Counted from the whole stretch's first letter, positions 13,990 to 25,050 are shown. The stretch: DNA of 63,590 nucleotides, filler included, from Octopus bimaculoides (GCF_001194135.2; 6 parts of 6 records of this genome joined end to end with filler, not necessarily neighbours in it), one strand, 5' to 3'. Notes: generated by a model not told the origin, from the letters alone. Numbers and translations: made by a program.

Positions 13990-15200
13990 AAAGTTGCTCC
14001 AGCAGCAGCAACACTAATGCCGATAATAGCAACATTAGCAACGGTAGTGAAAGTATGAGCACCAACAGTAGCACTATTGTTAGCACTATTGTTAGCAACA
14101 GTAACTGGGAGCAAAATGACAACAGCAACAGTTGTTGCTATTTTGTTGACTGAGCAGCAACGGCAGAGGCATAATAAATACTGGCACACATAGCAACATA
14201 GCAACGACAATAAAACAGTAATAGCCACATTAGCAGTAGCAACAGGGGAGTCATTACAAACACCCAATACGAAGAAAGTAGCAACAACAAAATGACTGAG
14301 AAACATCAACTTCTGGAAAGAGAATTTGGCACAATCATGCAGAAACTGAAACAGTTGGAGAAGATTGACATTACAATTAACGAAGCAACGGTGGTGGAAT
14401 TAGCAACGTGTACTAAAATAGCAATAATACAACCAGTAGCAGTGGTGGATAGCAACAGTGGAGACATTATCAATGCAAAATGTCAACAAAGCAGTAACAG
14501 CACCTTTGACAACAACAACAGTAAAAGAGCGAGGTATTATCAACATTAGCACAAACAAAATAGCAACATAAAAAGTAGCAATAGTGGAGACGTTATGAAT
14601 ATCAACTTAAATGGCAACAGAAATACTAGCAACAAAAACAGTGGTAACATTATTAACTCTAACATTAACAAAATAGGAATGTCGATAACAACAAGAACAC
14701 CAACAGTAGCAACACCAATAGCAACAATGGAGACAGTTGCAACACCAATAGCAACACAGACATGGGTAAAAGAACAACAAAAGCAACAAGATCAAGAAAA
14801 TTGCAACAGCAACACTGAGGAAACAGTAACGATAACATTGAGAAAATAGCAACAGCAAATATTAAGAAATTAGCAACATCAACAACAATTACATGAAAAG
14901 AGCAATATCAAGGATATAGCAACATCAATGGCAATGCATACAAAGAATAGCAACATTAATACTGAGAAAGCAGCAGCACCAAGGAAATAGCAACAATGAA
15001 GGGGGGAAAATAGCAACATCATTTGTAACGTTGATGAAAATAGCACCGTAAAAGGATCGAGAATATAGCAACAGCATGATCGAACAAAAGTAATGCGGCA
15101 GGGGTGGAAAGAAAAGCATTATCAACGTTATCAGCAAGAAATAGCAACAACATCAATGAGACAACACTGAGAAAGTAGAGAAGCAATAGAGAATTTAAAT
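13990..15200. repeat. Degenerate (AGCAAC/AAC)n low-complexity tract
   Basis: Pervasive agcaaca/atagca motifs. Confidence 0.8.
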
Positions 15201-15307
15201 ATAAAAAAAAACAAAAAAAACAACAGTAACAATCAAAGAAAAAATTTTATGGCCAGCTGTAGCTTGCTTGTGGTTAGTTAGGTGTGCGGTTGCAAATATT
15301 GTCTTAC

Positions 15308-15475
15308 CTCTTTAGCTGTCCCGGGTGTGGTGACCAGACCAAATATAGCGAATCCTGGAATACAGAGGATAGAGGAGAGAGCAACGCACCAACCAATCAG
15401 ATTAGCCGCCCAAGGGTACTCATAGTCGTCGTATTTTAGGGGTTGGTAAGCAACCAGACCGAATATTATGTTGAA
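15308..15475 (-). CDS. DAT: DAT exon (168 nt, TM11-TM12): FNIIFGLVAYQPLKYDDYEYPWAANLIGWCVALSSILCIPGFAIFGLVTTPGTAKE
   Basis: ccttccag acceptor, GTAAG donor, SLC6 YEPL.Y..Y.YP.WAN..GW pattern. Confidence 0.95.
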
Positions 15476-15559
15476 CTGGAAGGAGAGGAGAAATTGTAAA
15501 TATGAAATAAAAAGGGATGATCGGATGGGGGTGGTTTAAAGATGATGGGGGGTAATGGC

Positions 15560-15995
15560 GGATGGGAGGTGGTGAAGGGTGGATTTAATGATGGTGGGGG
15601 GAATGGCGAGTGAACCTTCATCGTTTTCACTCGACGATGATGATGGTGGCATTGACAACAATGATGATGATGATGATGATGATGGTGATGATGCTGGTGA
15701 TCATGATGAACATGATGATGATGATGGCAGTGATGATGACCATGATGATTATGACGATGACGATGATGACAATATCATCATCATTGATCAAGATGAAAAT
15801 GATGATGACAATAATGGTGATGGTGATGATGACGATGACAATCATAATGATGACAGTGATGAGAATGATGATGATGATGACGATGGTTATGATGATGATG
15901 ATGGTCATAATGATGATGGCGATGAGAATGATGATGACAATGACGATGATGATGATAGTGGTGGTGGTGATGATGATGATGATGATGATGATGAC
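15560..15995. repeat. Interrupted (GAT)n trinucleotide tract
   Basis: Direct inspection; source of the spurious poly-D/M/H ORFs. Confidence 0.95.
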
Positions 15996-15999
15996 TTAC

Positions 16000-16100
16000 C
16001 ATTAAGAATACAGGTGCTACGAATTTCCAGCAGACCCGCCAGTAGAAACCGGGGCGGAATCCCATCATAGATTCAATATCGTCAGAGAACTTGTCCACGC
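16000..16100 (-). CDS. DAT: DAT exon (101 nt): (G)[33 protein letters not shown]
   Basis: ctttcag acceptor, GTAAGT donor, SLC6 F..DI..M.G..PG.YW..CW motif. Confidence 0.97.
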
Positions 16101-16299
16101 CTGAAAGAACGAAGAATGACCGGCGTCGTGAGTGGTCAGCATGACGTCAGGAGGACAAGGAGGGTAGTGGTGAGCGGGGCAGAGGGAGTGGTGGATGCAT
16201 GCCCTTGGTTTGGTGGCGGATATGTAAGAAGAGAGGTGGATGCCATTGACGTGGTGGGCATGGGGAGGTTGTTGTCGGTGAAGCGAGCATGAAGTATAC

Positions 16300-16760
16300 A
16301 GCAGGTATGGGATAGGTGGAGAGTGGTGGTGGTGGTGGTGGTGGTGATGGTGGTGGTGGTGGCAGTGGTGATTGGGGTAGTGGTAATGGTGGTGTTCTGG
16401 TTGTAGTGGTGATGGTAGTGGTGGTTGTGGTGGTGGTAGCAGTGGTGATTGGGGTAGTGGTAATGGTGGTGTTCTGGTTGTAGTGGTGGTAGTGGTGGTA
16501 GTGGTGGTGGTGGTTTTGGTGGTGGCGGCGGGGGCGGCAATGGCGGTGGTGGTTGTGGTGGTGGTGGCAGTGGTGATGGTGGTGTTCTGGTTGTAGTGGT
16601 AGTGGTGGTGGCGGCGGTGGTGGTAGTGATTGTGGTGGCGACTGGAGTGTTGGTGGGGGTGGTGTTCCGGTTGTAGTGGTGGTAGTGGTGGTGGTGATGG
16701 TGGTGGTGGTTGTAGTTGTGGTGGTGATGGTGGTGTTCTGCTTGTGGTAGTGGTGTATGA
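16300..16760. repeat. (GGT/GTA)n trinucleotide tract
   Basis: Direct inspection. Confidence 0.95.
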
Positions 16761-17300
16761 TTCATTACACTTACCATTCTCTACATTCAACACCTATACA
16801 CTTACCATTCAAACACTTACTACCCCCTACATTTACCATCCCCTACACTTACAATTCCCTACATTTACCACTACCTACTCTTAACATCCCTTACACTTAC
16901 AATTCCTACACTTACCATTCATTACACTTACCATCCTCTACACTTAACACTTCTACACTTACCATTCCCATACTTACCCTTCCTACACTCACCCCCTTTA
17001 CACTTACCACTTTTACACTCAGTTCCTACACTTACAGTTCACTACACTTACAACCCCTTACACTTACAATTCCTACACTTACTATTCCTACACTTACTAT
17101 TCCTACACTTACCCCCTATATTTCCTGTCCCTCTACACTTGCAATTCCTTCACTATCATTCATTACTCTTACCATCCCCTACACTTACCATTCTCTACAT
17201 TAACTATCCCCTACACTTACCATTCCCCTAAATTTACTGCCCCCCTACACTTACAATTCCTTACACTTACCATTTATTACACTTACTGTTCTGTACACTT
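16760..17300. repeat. Degenerate minisatellite of about 16-17 bp (cttaccattccctaca)
   Basis: About 30 degenerate copies of acacttac(c/a)attcc. Confidence 0.85.
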
Positions 17301-17302
17301 AC

Positions 17303-17402
17303 CGTAACAATAAGAAATTGTTATACTTTCAAAAAAGACAGCAAATAAAATAGAATAACCGGCGGCATATCTATCCATCAGATGAACCACATATGCTCCT
17401 CC
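17303..17402 (-). CDS. DAT: DAT exon (100 nt, TM10): [33 protein letters not shown](G)
   Basis: cattccag acceptor, GTAAGT donor; [10 protein letters not shown] is shared with Drosophila DAT. Confidence 0.97.
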
Positions 17403-17554
17403 CTGGAATGACGTGGAATAGAAAAATAGCAGAATATAAGAATACAAGAATATGAGAATATAAGAATATAAATGTATGGTAACATCTTGACACGACTATG
17501 ATGGTTCTACCGACCTACTGCTTGAATAGGATAAAACCCCCTTCGGTCATGAAT

Positions 17555-17935
17555 GATGGTCATAATGATGATGATGATGATAATCCTTTCTACTGGAAGC
17601 ACAAGGCCTCAAATTTGGGGGAAGGGATTAAGTCGATTTACATTGATCCCCAGTGCGTAACTGGTACTAATTTTATTGACCCTGAAAGGTCGAAAGGCAC
17701 AGTCGACCTTGGCATGATTTAAATATAATAATAATGATGATGATGATGGTGATAATGATCCTTTCTACTATAGGGCACAAGGCCTGAAATTTGGTGGGAC
17801 GGGACTAGTCGATTTAATTGACCCCAGTGTTTCACTGGTACTGGTACAGAATTGAAACTCAGAACGTAGCAGCAGATGGAATACTGCTAAACATTTTACC
17901 AGGCATGTTAACAATTCTACCAGCTTGCCGCCTTA
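17555..17935 (-). mobile_element. Two tandem copies of tRNA-derived SINE family C
   Basis: aatcctttctact...acaaggcct.aaattt...gtcgattt...ccccagtg...ctggtact..., repeated twice. Confidence 0.75.
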
Positions 17936-17937
17936 TC

Positions 17938-17973
<36 letters not shown>

Positions 17974-17976
<3 letters not shown>

Positions 17977-18530
17977 GCTCTAATGCAGTACCAGGCAGTG
18001 GCTGTCATGGCTTCTGATCTTAACTGATTGCAAGTGTTATCATGTACATTGTTTTGTCTTGGTATAAAAGATGGGCTACAGAAAATATTCTGCTTAATAC
18101 CACAGATTTGTTTCTCAGTTGTTTGACCTTAACCAGTTGAGCATGTCCCTTGGTGGCTGATGATATGTGCATCTCTGATCATGAGCAGAAGTAGTGGGGG
18201 AGCATCATAGCCATGTGTTGAGAGGAATTCTTTGGGGTTTGGATAATTTACCTTTGGAAACATGGATTTTTGTTCAACATCCTTAAACAACCTTTATTCA
18301 GGGCTCTTTTGAGTGGGATGGGCTACTCTACCTGAAGAAAATTCTAACTGGGCCTCACCTGCAAGGTCATGCACTGTTTATCTTGATATGAGATCACCAT
18401 GTCGCGCACATATGGTTGTGATGCATGTGCCTGGTGTACCCTTATCAGACGGGTAGTCATGATGGGTATACTGGACTTCGTATATTTTACCCCAGTGTTA
18501 CTTTGATGGCATGCACTGCTCTCTCACTCA
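17974..18530. mobile_element. Non-coding interspersed element of about 560 bp embedded in a (TAA)n array
   Basis: Complex sequence flanked on both sides by (TAA)n; partial second copy at about 19010-19100. Confidence 0.55.
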
Positions 18531-18580
18531 ATAATAATAAGAAGAAGAAGAACAACAATAATAATAATAATGTACTGTAC

Positions 18581-18709
18581 CTGAGCACAACTAGCTAATC
18601 CAACTACAAAGTATACGGTAAACAACATCGCCACGAATAATTCTCGATGTCTTCGTAACCATGGAAACTCATCTGCTAAAGCTGTCAGGATAGCTTCTGA
18701 GCCACCAAA
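18581..18709 (-). CDS. DAT: DAT exon (129 nt, TM8 end to TM9): [43 protein letters not shown]
   Basis: ttgaacag acceptor, GTACAG donor; FGGSEAI.TAL.DEFP is DAT-like. Confidence 0.97.
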
Positions 18710-19239
18710 CTGTTCAAGGGAGATAACAGAGAGAGAAAAGATATCAATACAGAGAAATACAATAATATCTTTTGGTTATAATTCTTTACAATAGAGGGGC
18801 TATAGGAATTGTGTATTATGTTTATATATCAGATAAAACAGAATCCATGGAGATTGGTGGTAGTGGTCTACAGTGGCAAGGCTTGTGTTATCTGGAAAAA
18901 GCCAGGAAAAATTCTGCGAAATTACTGTAGGGAGTGGTGTATCCAACGTTTCTGAAATGTCTTGTCAACTTTACCCTTTTTTTATTTCCTGCCTATCAAC
19001 TTTCCCATAGTGGCTGACAATATGTGCATTTCTGATCATGAACAGGAGTAATGGCGGAGCATCACAGCCATGTGTTGAGAGGAATTCTTTGGGATTTGAA
19101 TAAACGTAACAAAGGCAAAGTTTGAAGGAATTATTAGCCATTTTTCAAACTTTCTAGGGGTCAGAAAATATGAAATAACAGTTACTATCTGAGGACAAGA
19201 ATTGTGTTATACAGTGTAATTTATGCTCAGTACGTCAGG

Positions 19240-19960
19240 ATGTAGAAGTAAGGGTATCAAATGATCAAGGTAGACTTGGTAGAGGCAACAGGATTTGGGT
19301 AATCTAGGCTCATCTAGATGGAGATGTTAGGATAATGAGTAATCCAAGCTCAGTGCATCTGGCTAAAGATGTTAAGATGTGGGGCAATCTGAGCTCAATT
19401 GGTCTAGGTTTAGATGTGACGATGCTGGGTGATCTTCGCCCCAGAATATTGAGTAATCTAGGTTCAGTACCTCTTGGTGGGTATGTTTGACTGACAAATA
19501 ATTCAAGCTCACTACATCTGTGTGAAGCTATTAGGCTGCCTGGCAATCTAAGCTCAGTTGATATAGGTTTAGTTGTAACAATGTTAGTTGATCTAGACTC
19601 AATACATCTTAGTGGAGAAGTTAGTATGTTGGGTAATCTAGGCTCTGTATGTCTGTGTGAAGATGTTAGAATGTTGGATGATTTAAGCTCAGTTAGTCAA
19701 AGTTTAACTATAAGGATGCTGGTTGATCTAGACTCAGTGCATCTTAATGGAGATGTTAGGATATTGGGTAGTCTTGGATCAATATGTCTACATGGAGATG
19801 TCAGGATATCAGATGAACCAGACTTAAATAGATCTTGATGTAGAGGTTAGGATGATGAATGCTGCAGGTTCAGTAAATCTTGGTGGAGGTGTTAGGCTAT
19901 CATTTGGCTTATAACCATTTCATCTGGGTGGAGATTTTGGAGAGTAAATATCACAGGTTT
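19240..19960. repeat. Diverged 45-bp minisatellite (about 15 units) with partial 135-bp higher-order period
   Basis: Unit about ggtaatctaggctcagtacatcttggtggagatgttaggatgttg; starts at 19632 and 19677 are 45 apart; aagctcagtt at 19549 and 19684 are 135 apart. Confidence 0.85.
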
Positions 19961-19976
19961 CAAACCTTGTACTTAC

Positions 19977-20089
19977 CGAACTGTCTAGACCTAGGGTAAG
20001 CAACATGAGGAAGAATATCAATGCCCAAAATGTTGCACCTGGGAGTGTAGCTATAGCTTCTGGATATACAACGAACACTAAACCAGGAC
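19977..20089 (-). CDS. DAT: DAT exon (113 nt, EL4-TM8): (G)[37 protein letters not shown]
   Basis: ttttgcag acceptor, GTAAGT donor; GPGL.F.VYP and LGLDS (Na2 site) motifs. Confidence 0.97.
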
Positions 20090-20139
20090 CTGCAAAAGAT
20101 ACAACAGAGAGAGAGAGAAACAGAGTTAATATTTAATTA

Positions 20140-20385
20140 TTCATTTCAAATTTTGGCACAAGGGCCAGCAATTTTGGTGAGAGGGCTAAGTTGATTACAT
20201 TGACCTCCCCCACCCCACCCCACCCCAGTATTCAACTGGTACCTATTTTATCGATCCCCAAAATGATGAAAGGCAAAGTCAACTTCATCAGCGTTTGAAC
20301 TCAGAATATAAAGAGGGACAAAATGCTGGTAACCTTTTTGCTTGGCATGCTAATGATTCTGCCACCTTGCAGCCTTAATAACAAT
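20140..20385 (-). mobile_element. SINE family C copy
   Basis: ttttggcacaagggccagcaattt...gaaaggcaaagtcaac...tttgaactcagaa...ctgccacc. Confidence 0.75.
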
Positions 20386-20710
20386 AATAATAATAATAAT
20401 AATAATGATAATAATAATAATCGTAATAGTAATAATAATAATAATAATTTCAAGTTTTGGCACAAGGCTAGCAATTTTGATTAGGTCGCCCTCTGTGCTC
20501 AATTAGTTCAATGTAACCTCGTGTATATCGTTGGCGATTTTTTCTTCCTCCGTCTTCCCTTCTTTGGACTTTCCTATATTTCCGACAAAGAGCTCTGCTC
20601 GAAACGTCAAATTCTCTTTCTTTCCTTTCCTGAGCGGCCAGTAACACAATATCTGTATCACGTCCTCGCGTTGTTTTTTGTTGTTTTTTTGTCATTTTTC
20701 TTTTTTGAAC

Positions 20711-20742
<32 letters not shown>

Positions 20743-21287
20743 NNNNNNNNNNNNNNNNNNNNNNNNNNNNNNNNNNNNNNNNNNNNNNNNNNNNNNNNNN
20801 NNNNNNNNNNNNNNNNNNNNNNNNNNNNNNNNNNNNNNNNNNNNNNNNNNNNNNNNNNNNNNNNNNNNNNNNNNNNNNNNNNNNNNNNNNNNNNNNNNNN
20901 NNNNNNNNNNNNNNNNNNNNNNNNNNNNNNNNNNNNNNNNNNNNNNNNNNNNNNNNNNNNNNNNNNNNNNNNNNNNNNNNNNNNNNNNNNNNNNNNNNNN
21001 NNNNNNNNNNNNNNNNNNNNNNNNNNNNNNNNNNNNNNNNNNNNNNNNNNNNNNNNNNNNNNNNNNNNNNNNNNNNNNNNNNNNNNNNNNNNNNNNNNNN
21101 NNNNNNNNNNNNNNNNNNNNNNNNNNNNNNNNNNNNNNNNNNNNNNNNNNNNNNNNNNNNNNNNNNNNNNNNNNNNNNNNNNNNNNNNNNNNNNNNNNNN
21201 NNNNNNNNNNNNNNNNNNNNNNNNNNNNNNNNNNNNNNNNNNNNNNNNNNNNNNNNNNNNNNNNNNNNNNNNNNNNNNNNNNNNNNN

Positions 21288-21324
<37 letters not shown>

Positions 21325-21340
21325 TGCACACATGATGAGC

Positions 21341-21421
21341 TTCTTTCAGTTTCTGTCTACCAAATCGACTTACAAGACTTTGGTTGTCCCCAAGGCCATA
21401 GCAGAAGACACTTGCGCAAGG
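21341..21421 (-). mobile_element. SINE family B fragment, inverted relative to the 21936 copy
   Basis: ttctttcagtttctgtctaccaaatc...agaagacacttgcgcaagg. Confidence 0.75.
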
Positions 21422-21678
21422 TATGAAACCTCCTAGAAGTAAGACAATCAGTTGAAAAGTAACCTCCCCAGCAAGGGATATGGTGGGAGTATGTGTGTGT
21501 TTGATGTAAGTTGAGTGACATGTTGTGTGGTGATGTTGGCAGCGGCGGCGGTGGTGGTGCAGTATTTGGGTTAAAGCATGTTGTGGAGTAGTGGTGGTAT
21601 TGGTGGTGAGGACAAGTCGTGTGGTGTTGCCTTCGCCACGCACCTTACTGGTATGTGGACTGGAGGTGTCCTACCTAC

Positions 21679-21803
21679 CTTGTGTAGCCACCTCTGAAAT
21701 GGGTAGATTTGAGTGTTGTGACATATAGCCCAAAATCATGAAGATAACAAAGCCAGAGAAAAAACTGGTCATACAGTTAACAATACTGGTTAGTATGGCG
21801 TCT
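21679..21803 (-). CDS. DAT: DAT exon (125 nt, TM7): (R)[41 protein letters not shown](G)
   Basis: cctttcag-type acceptor (ctttcag), GTAGGT donor; DA..TS..N..TSF..GFVIF..LGYM motif. Confidence 0.97.
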
Positions 21804-21935
21804 CTGAAAGAAGGAAAGAGAAATGGATAAATAAGTAGATAAATAAACAGACAGACAGGTAAATAGAGAAAGAAAGCGGGATAGAAAGATAGATAAAAAG
21901 AGAGACAAATAGATATTTTTAAAACAGTCTTATAT

Positions 21936-22120
21936 AGGCACAGGAGTGGCTGTGTGGTAAGAAGCTTGCTTCCCAACCACATGGTTCCAAGTTCAGTCCC
22001 ACTGTGTGACACCTTGGGCAAATGTCTTCTACTATAGTCTTGGGCCAACCAAAGCCTTGTTAGTAGATTTGGTAGACGGAAACTGAAAGAGGCTCACCAT
22101 ATATGTGTATGTATATATGA
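21936..22120 (+). mobile_element. SINE family B 5' part
   Basis: aggcacaggagtggctgtgtggtaagaagcttgct...ggttccaagttcagtccc (A/B-box-like head). Confidence 0.8.
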
Positions 22121-22579
22121 GGCGTTTAGTTAACAGACCGTTGTAAGTGCCATAACTTAAAAACCAAGAAAAACACAACATTTCATGACTTTCAGAATGC
22201 AATACCATGGTAAGAAATGAAGTTAGGAAGCTGGTTTTGGTCTTAAAATGACCGTGAAGACCTCCTCTAATCATTCCACCTATGTAAAATTATTTATTTA
22301 TGTATGCATCTGAAAGATGAAACAATGACTGCGTTTTTCTCATTTTGTAGAATATACCAGTAATACGAAACGGTGTATCGTATATTTTCGCCATAATACC
22401 CAGAAAAATCATACAGACACCACCCCACAAAGGTATTGTTTGTGTTTTAATATACCAAGGTAAGTATCTTTAAGAGGTAAGTAAGACAAGATAGTAAGAT
22501 AATAACCCATTATCGTTATGATGGTAATGAGGAATATTAGAAGATGAGCCATAGCATCTCGAGTTCGAAATTTCCCCAA

Positions 22580-22625
22580 GACACCTGAAGAAGGCTGGAG
22601 GGTATATCAGCTGAAACGTTGTGTT
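22580..22625 (+). ncRNA. Minimal type-I hammerhead ribozyme motif in a Penelope pLTR-like fragment (22570-22715)
   Basis: Stem I GACAC/GTGTT, core CTGAAGA plus an extra A, stem II GGCTG/CAGCT, GAAA, palindromic ACGT stem III, GUU cleavage triplet. Confidence 0.55.
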
Positions 22626-22748
22626 AACAACAAACAAGATGAGGACAAATATCGGTTGAATGTAAATAATGTAAATAATGCACGTGAATTCCTCAGCTCT
22701 TAAATATAGAATTGTATTATGTAAGGAAAAATAGGTTGTCTTACTTAC

Positions 22749-22852
22749 CGATAAACATTATTATGAATATCATTATAACTTGCAAATGCCAATAAAACAC
22801 CAAATCCTGGGCCGAGAGAGAAGAAGACTTGTGTGGCAGCATCCACCCATAC
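22749..22852 (-). CDS. DAT: DAT exon (104 nt, TM6): [34 protein letters not shown](R)
   Basis: acaacag acceptor, GTAAGT donor; nearly identical to Drosophila DAT TM6 ([27 protein letters not shown]). Confidence 0.97.
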
Positions 22853-22924
22853 CTGTTGTTTACAGAGAGAAAGAAAGGAAAATAGAAGATAGAGAGGAAC
22901 ATGGAAACAAAAGTTTAATATATC

Positions 22925-23405
22925 TTGGTTTCAAATTTTGGCACAAGGCCAGCAATTTCATGGGAAAGGGTAGGTTGACTAAATCAGCCCAAGTGCTCAA
23001 CTGGTACTTATTTTATCGACCCCCAAAAGGGTAAAAGGCAAAGTTGGCTCTGGCAGTATTTGAACTCAAAACATAAAGATGGATGAAATGCTGCTAAGCA
23101 GTTTGTCCGGCATGCTAACGATTCTGCCAGCTCACTACCTTACTCTTTTACTTGTTTCGGTCATTTGACTGTGGCCATGCTGGAGCACCGCCTTTTAGTC
23201 GAGCAAATCGACCCCGGGACTTATTCTCTGTAAGCCTAGTACTTATTCTATCGGTATCTTTTGCTGGTACTTATTTAATCGACCCCGAAAGGATGAAAGG
23301 CAAAGTCTACCTCGGCGGAATTCGAACACAGAATAATAGCAGCGGATGAAATACCGCTAAGCATTTCGCCTGGCATGCTAACGATTCTGCCAGCTTGCCC
23401 CCTTA
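22925..23405 (-). mobile_element. SINE C copy (22925-23140) followed by a chimeric C-head/B-tail SINE (23140-23405)
   Basis: The family C head joins the family B 3' half at about 23264, in the shared gtacttatt/ggggtcgat core. Confidence 0.65.
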
Positions 23406-23739
23406 CCAGGAATAAATATTAGTTCCATATTTAGTGCTGACTTAAAAGGTAGAAAGTAAGTTTATTGAATTCATCGTATCTGATTGTTTTCTATCGGAAT
23501 TATTTACTGCTCTTCATAGAAACATTACAATAACAACAACTTTTTTGCAAAAGTCTTCCATCTTACAACTGCATCATGGGAAAAGAAAGTTGCAAAATAC
23601 TTCAGTTTTTTTTTTTAAAGAAAAAGTAGACATTTTTTCTGCATGGAGGACAAAAAGAAAAAAAACTATATGAAAAATATACAGTTGTATAAAAAATATT
23701 CTTCTAAAAAGTATTGTTATATGATTTACTAACTGGATT

Positions 23740-24147
23740 ATGTTAAGTTGTATTCTGACACACATGTACATACATACATGTATACATAAATGTGCAGATA
23801 CACACACACACACACACATATATATGCACATGTATGTATGTGCACATATGCATGCACACATGCGTGTGCACACACATGCGTGTGCACACACTCACACACA
23901 CACATATACAATCTCACACACACATATATATAGTCTCGTACACACATACATACAGTCTCAAACATACACACACTCACTCACACACACACTCACTCACACA
24001 CACAGACATATATATATAGTCTCACACACACATATATATATACAATCTTACATACAAACATACATACAGACTCAAATATACACACACATAGATACACGCA
24101 CATATATGTACAGTCCCTCTCTCTCTCTCCCTCACCCATACAAACAA

Positions 24148-24195
<48 letters not shown>

Positions 24196-24495
24196 CTTCA
24201 CACACATATACGTACAGTCTTAAACACACACACACACACATATATATATACAATCTTACATACACACATACATACAGTCTCAAACATACACACACATATA
24301 CACACGCACATATATGTACAGTCCCTCTCTCTCTCCCTCACCCATACACACACACACACAAACACACATATATATACAATCTTATATACACACACACATA
24401 CAGTCTCAAACACATACACACATATGTACAGTCCCTCTCTCTCACCCGCACACACACACACACACATGCATACACATACACACACACATCAAACC
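23740..24495. repeat. Complex (CA/TA)n microsatellite array with internal duplications
   Basis: atatgtacagtccctctctctc recurs at about 24104, 24312 and 24423. Confidence 0.9.
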
Positions 24496-24699
24496 TGTAC
24501 TACTTAAACAGACGAGATAAGATTATAAACAAGTAAAATCTCCGAATATATGCAGAGCCAATTCAGATCACATATTCCCAACACCCACCCTCCTTCCCCA
24601 CCCCATGCTCTCCCCTCCTGTATTGCCCCCCCTTCTCCATCTTCTAATCTCATCTCCTCCTCTCATCCTTGTTTAGCCTCTTCCTCCCCTACAGCATAT

Positions 24700-24850
24700 C
24701 GTCCCTGTAACTTAGCGGTTCAGCAAAAGAGACCGATAGAATAAGTACTAGGCTTACAAAGAATAAGCTCTGGGGTCGATTTGGTCGACTATAAAGGCGG
24801 TGCTCCTGCATGGCCGCAGTCAAATGACTGAAACAAGTAAAAGAGTAAAA
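24700..24850 (+). mobile_element. SINE family B 3' half
   Basis: gtaacttagcggttcagcaaaagagaccgatagaataagtac...gaaacaagtaaaagagtaaaa. Confidence 0.8.
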
Positions 24851-24915
24851 CGAGTAATAGGAATAAACAAAAGTGGCGTTTTACAAGGAAAACAAACATT
24901 GCAGAGTGAACTTAC

Positions 24916-25050
24916 CTCGGAATATGCAAGTCTTGAGAAGTCTGGTGTTAGATAATATTTGATGCCATCTAGGGCCCCCGGCAGTGTTGCCCCACGAATC
25001 ATAAGAATGAACAGGACAACGTATGGGAATAGAGCAGTGAACCACACAAC
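24916..25050 (-). CDS. DAT: DAT exon (135 nt, TM5-EL3): [45 protein letters not shown]; most 5' DAT exon visible
   Basis: cgttcag acceptor, GTAAGT donor; VVW.TA..PY.VL.IL..RG.TLPGA..GI.YYLTP motif. Confidence 0.97.

Noticed and set aside
14292-14549. Protein-looking ORF MTEKHQLLEREFG...
   Set aside because: Embedded in the AGCAAC low-complexity tract, antisense in an intron, with no recognisable motif.
15579-16793. Poly-Asp/Met/His/Pro/Thr ORFs
   Set aside because: Trinucleotide-repeat artefacts; only 16000-16100 is a real exon.
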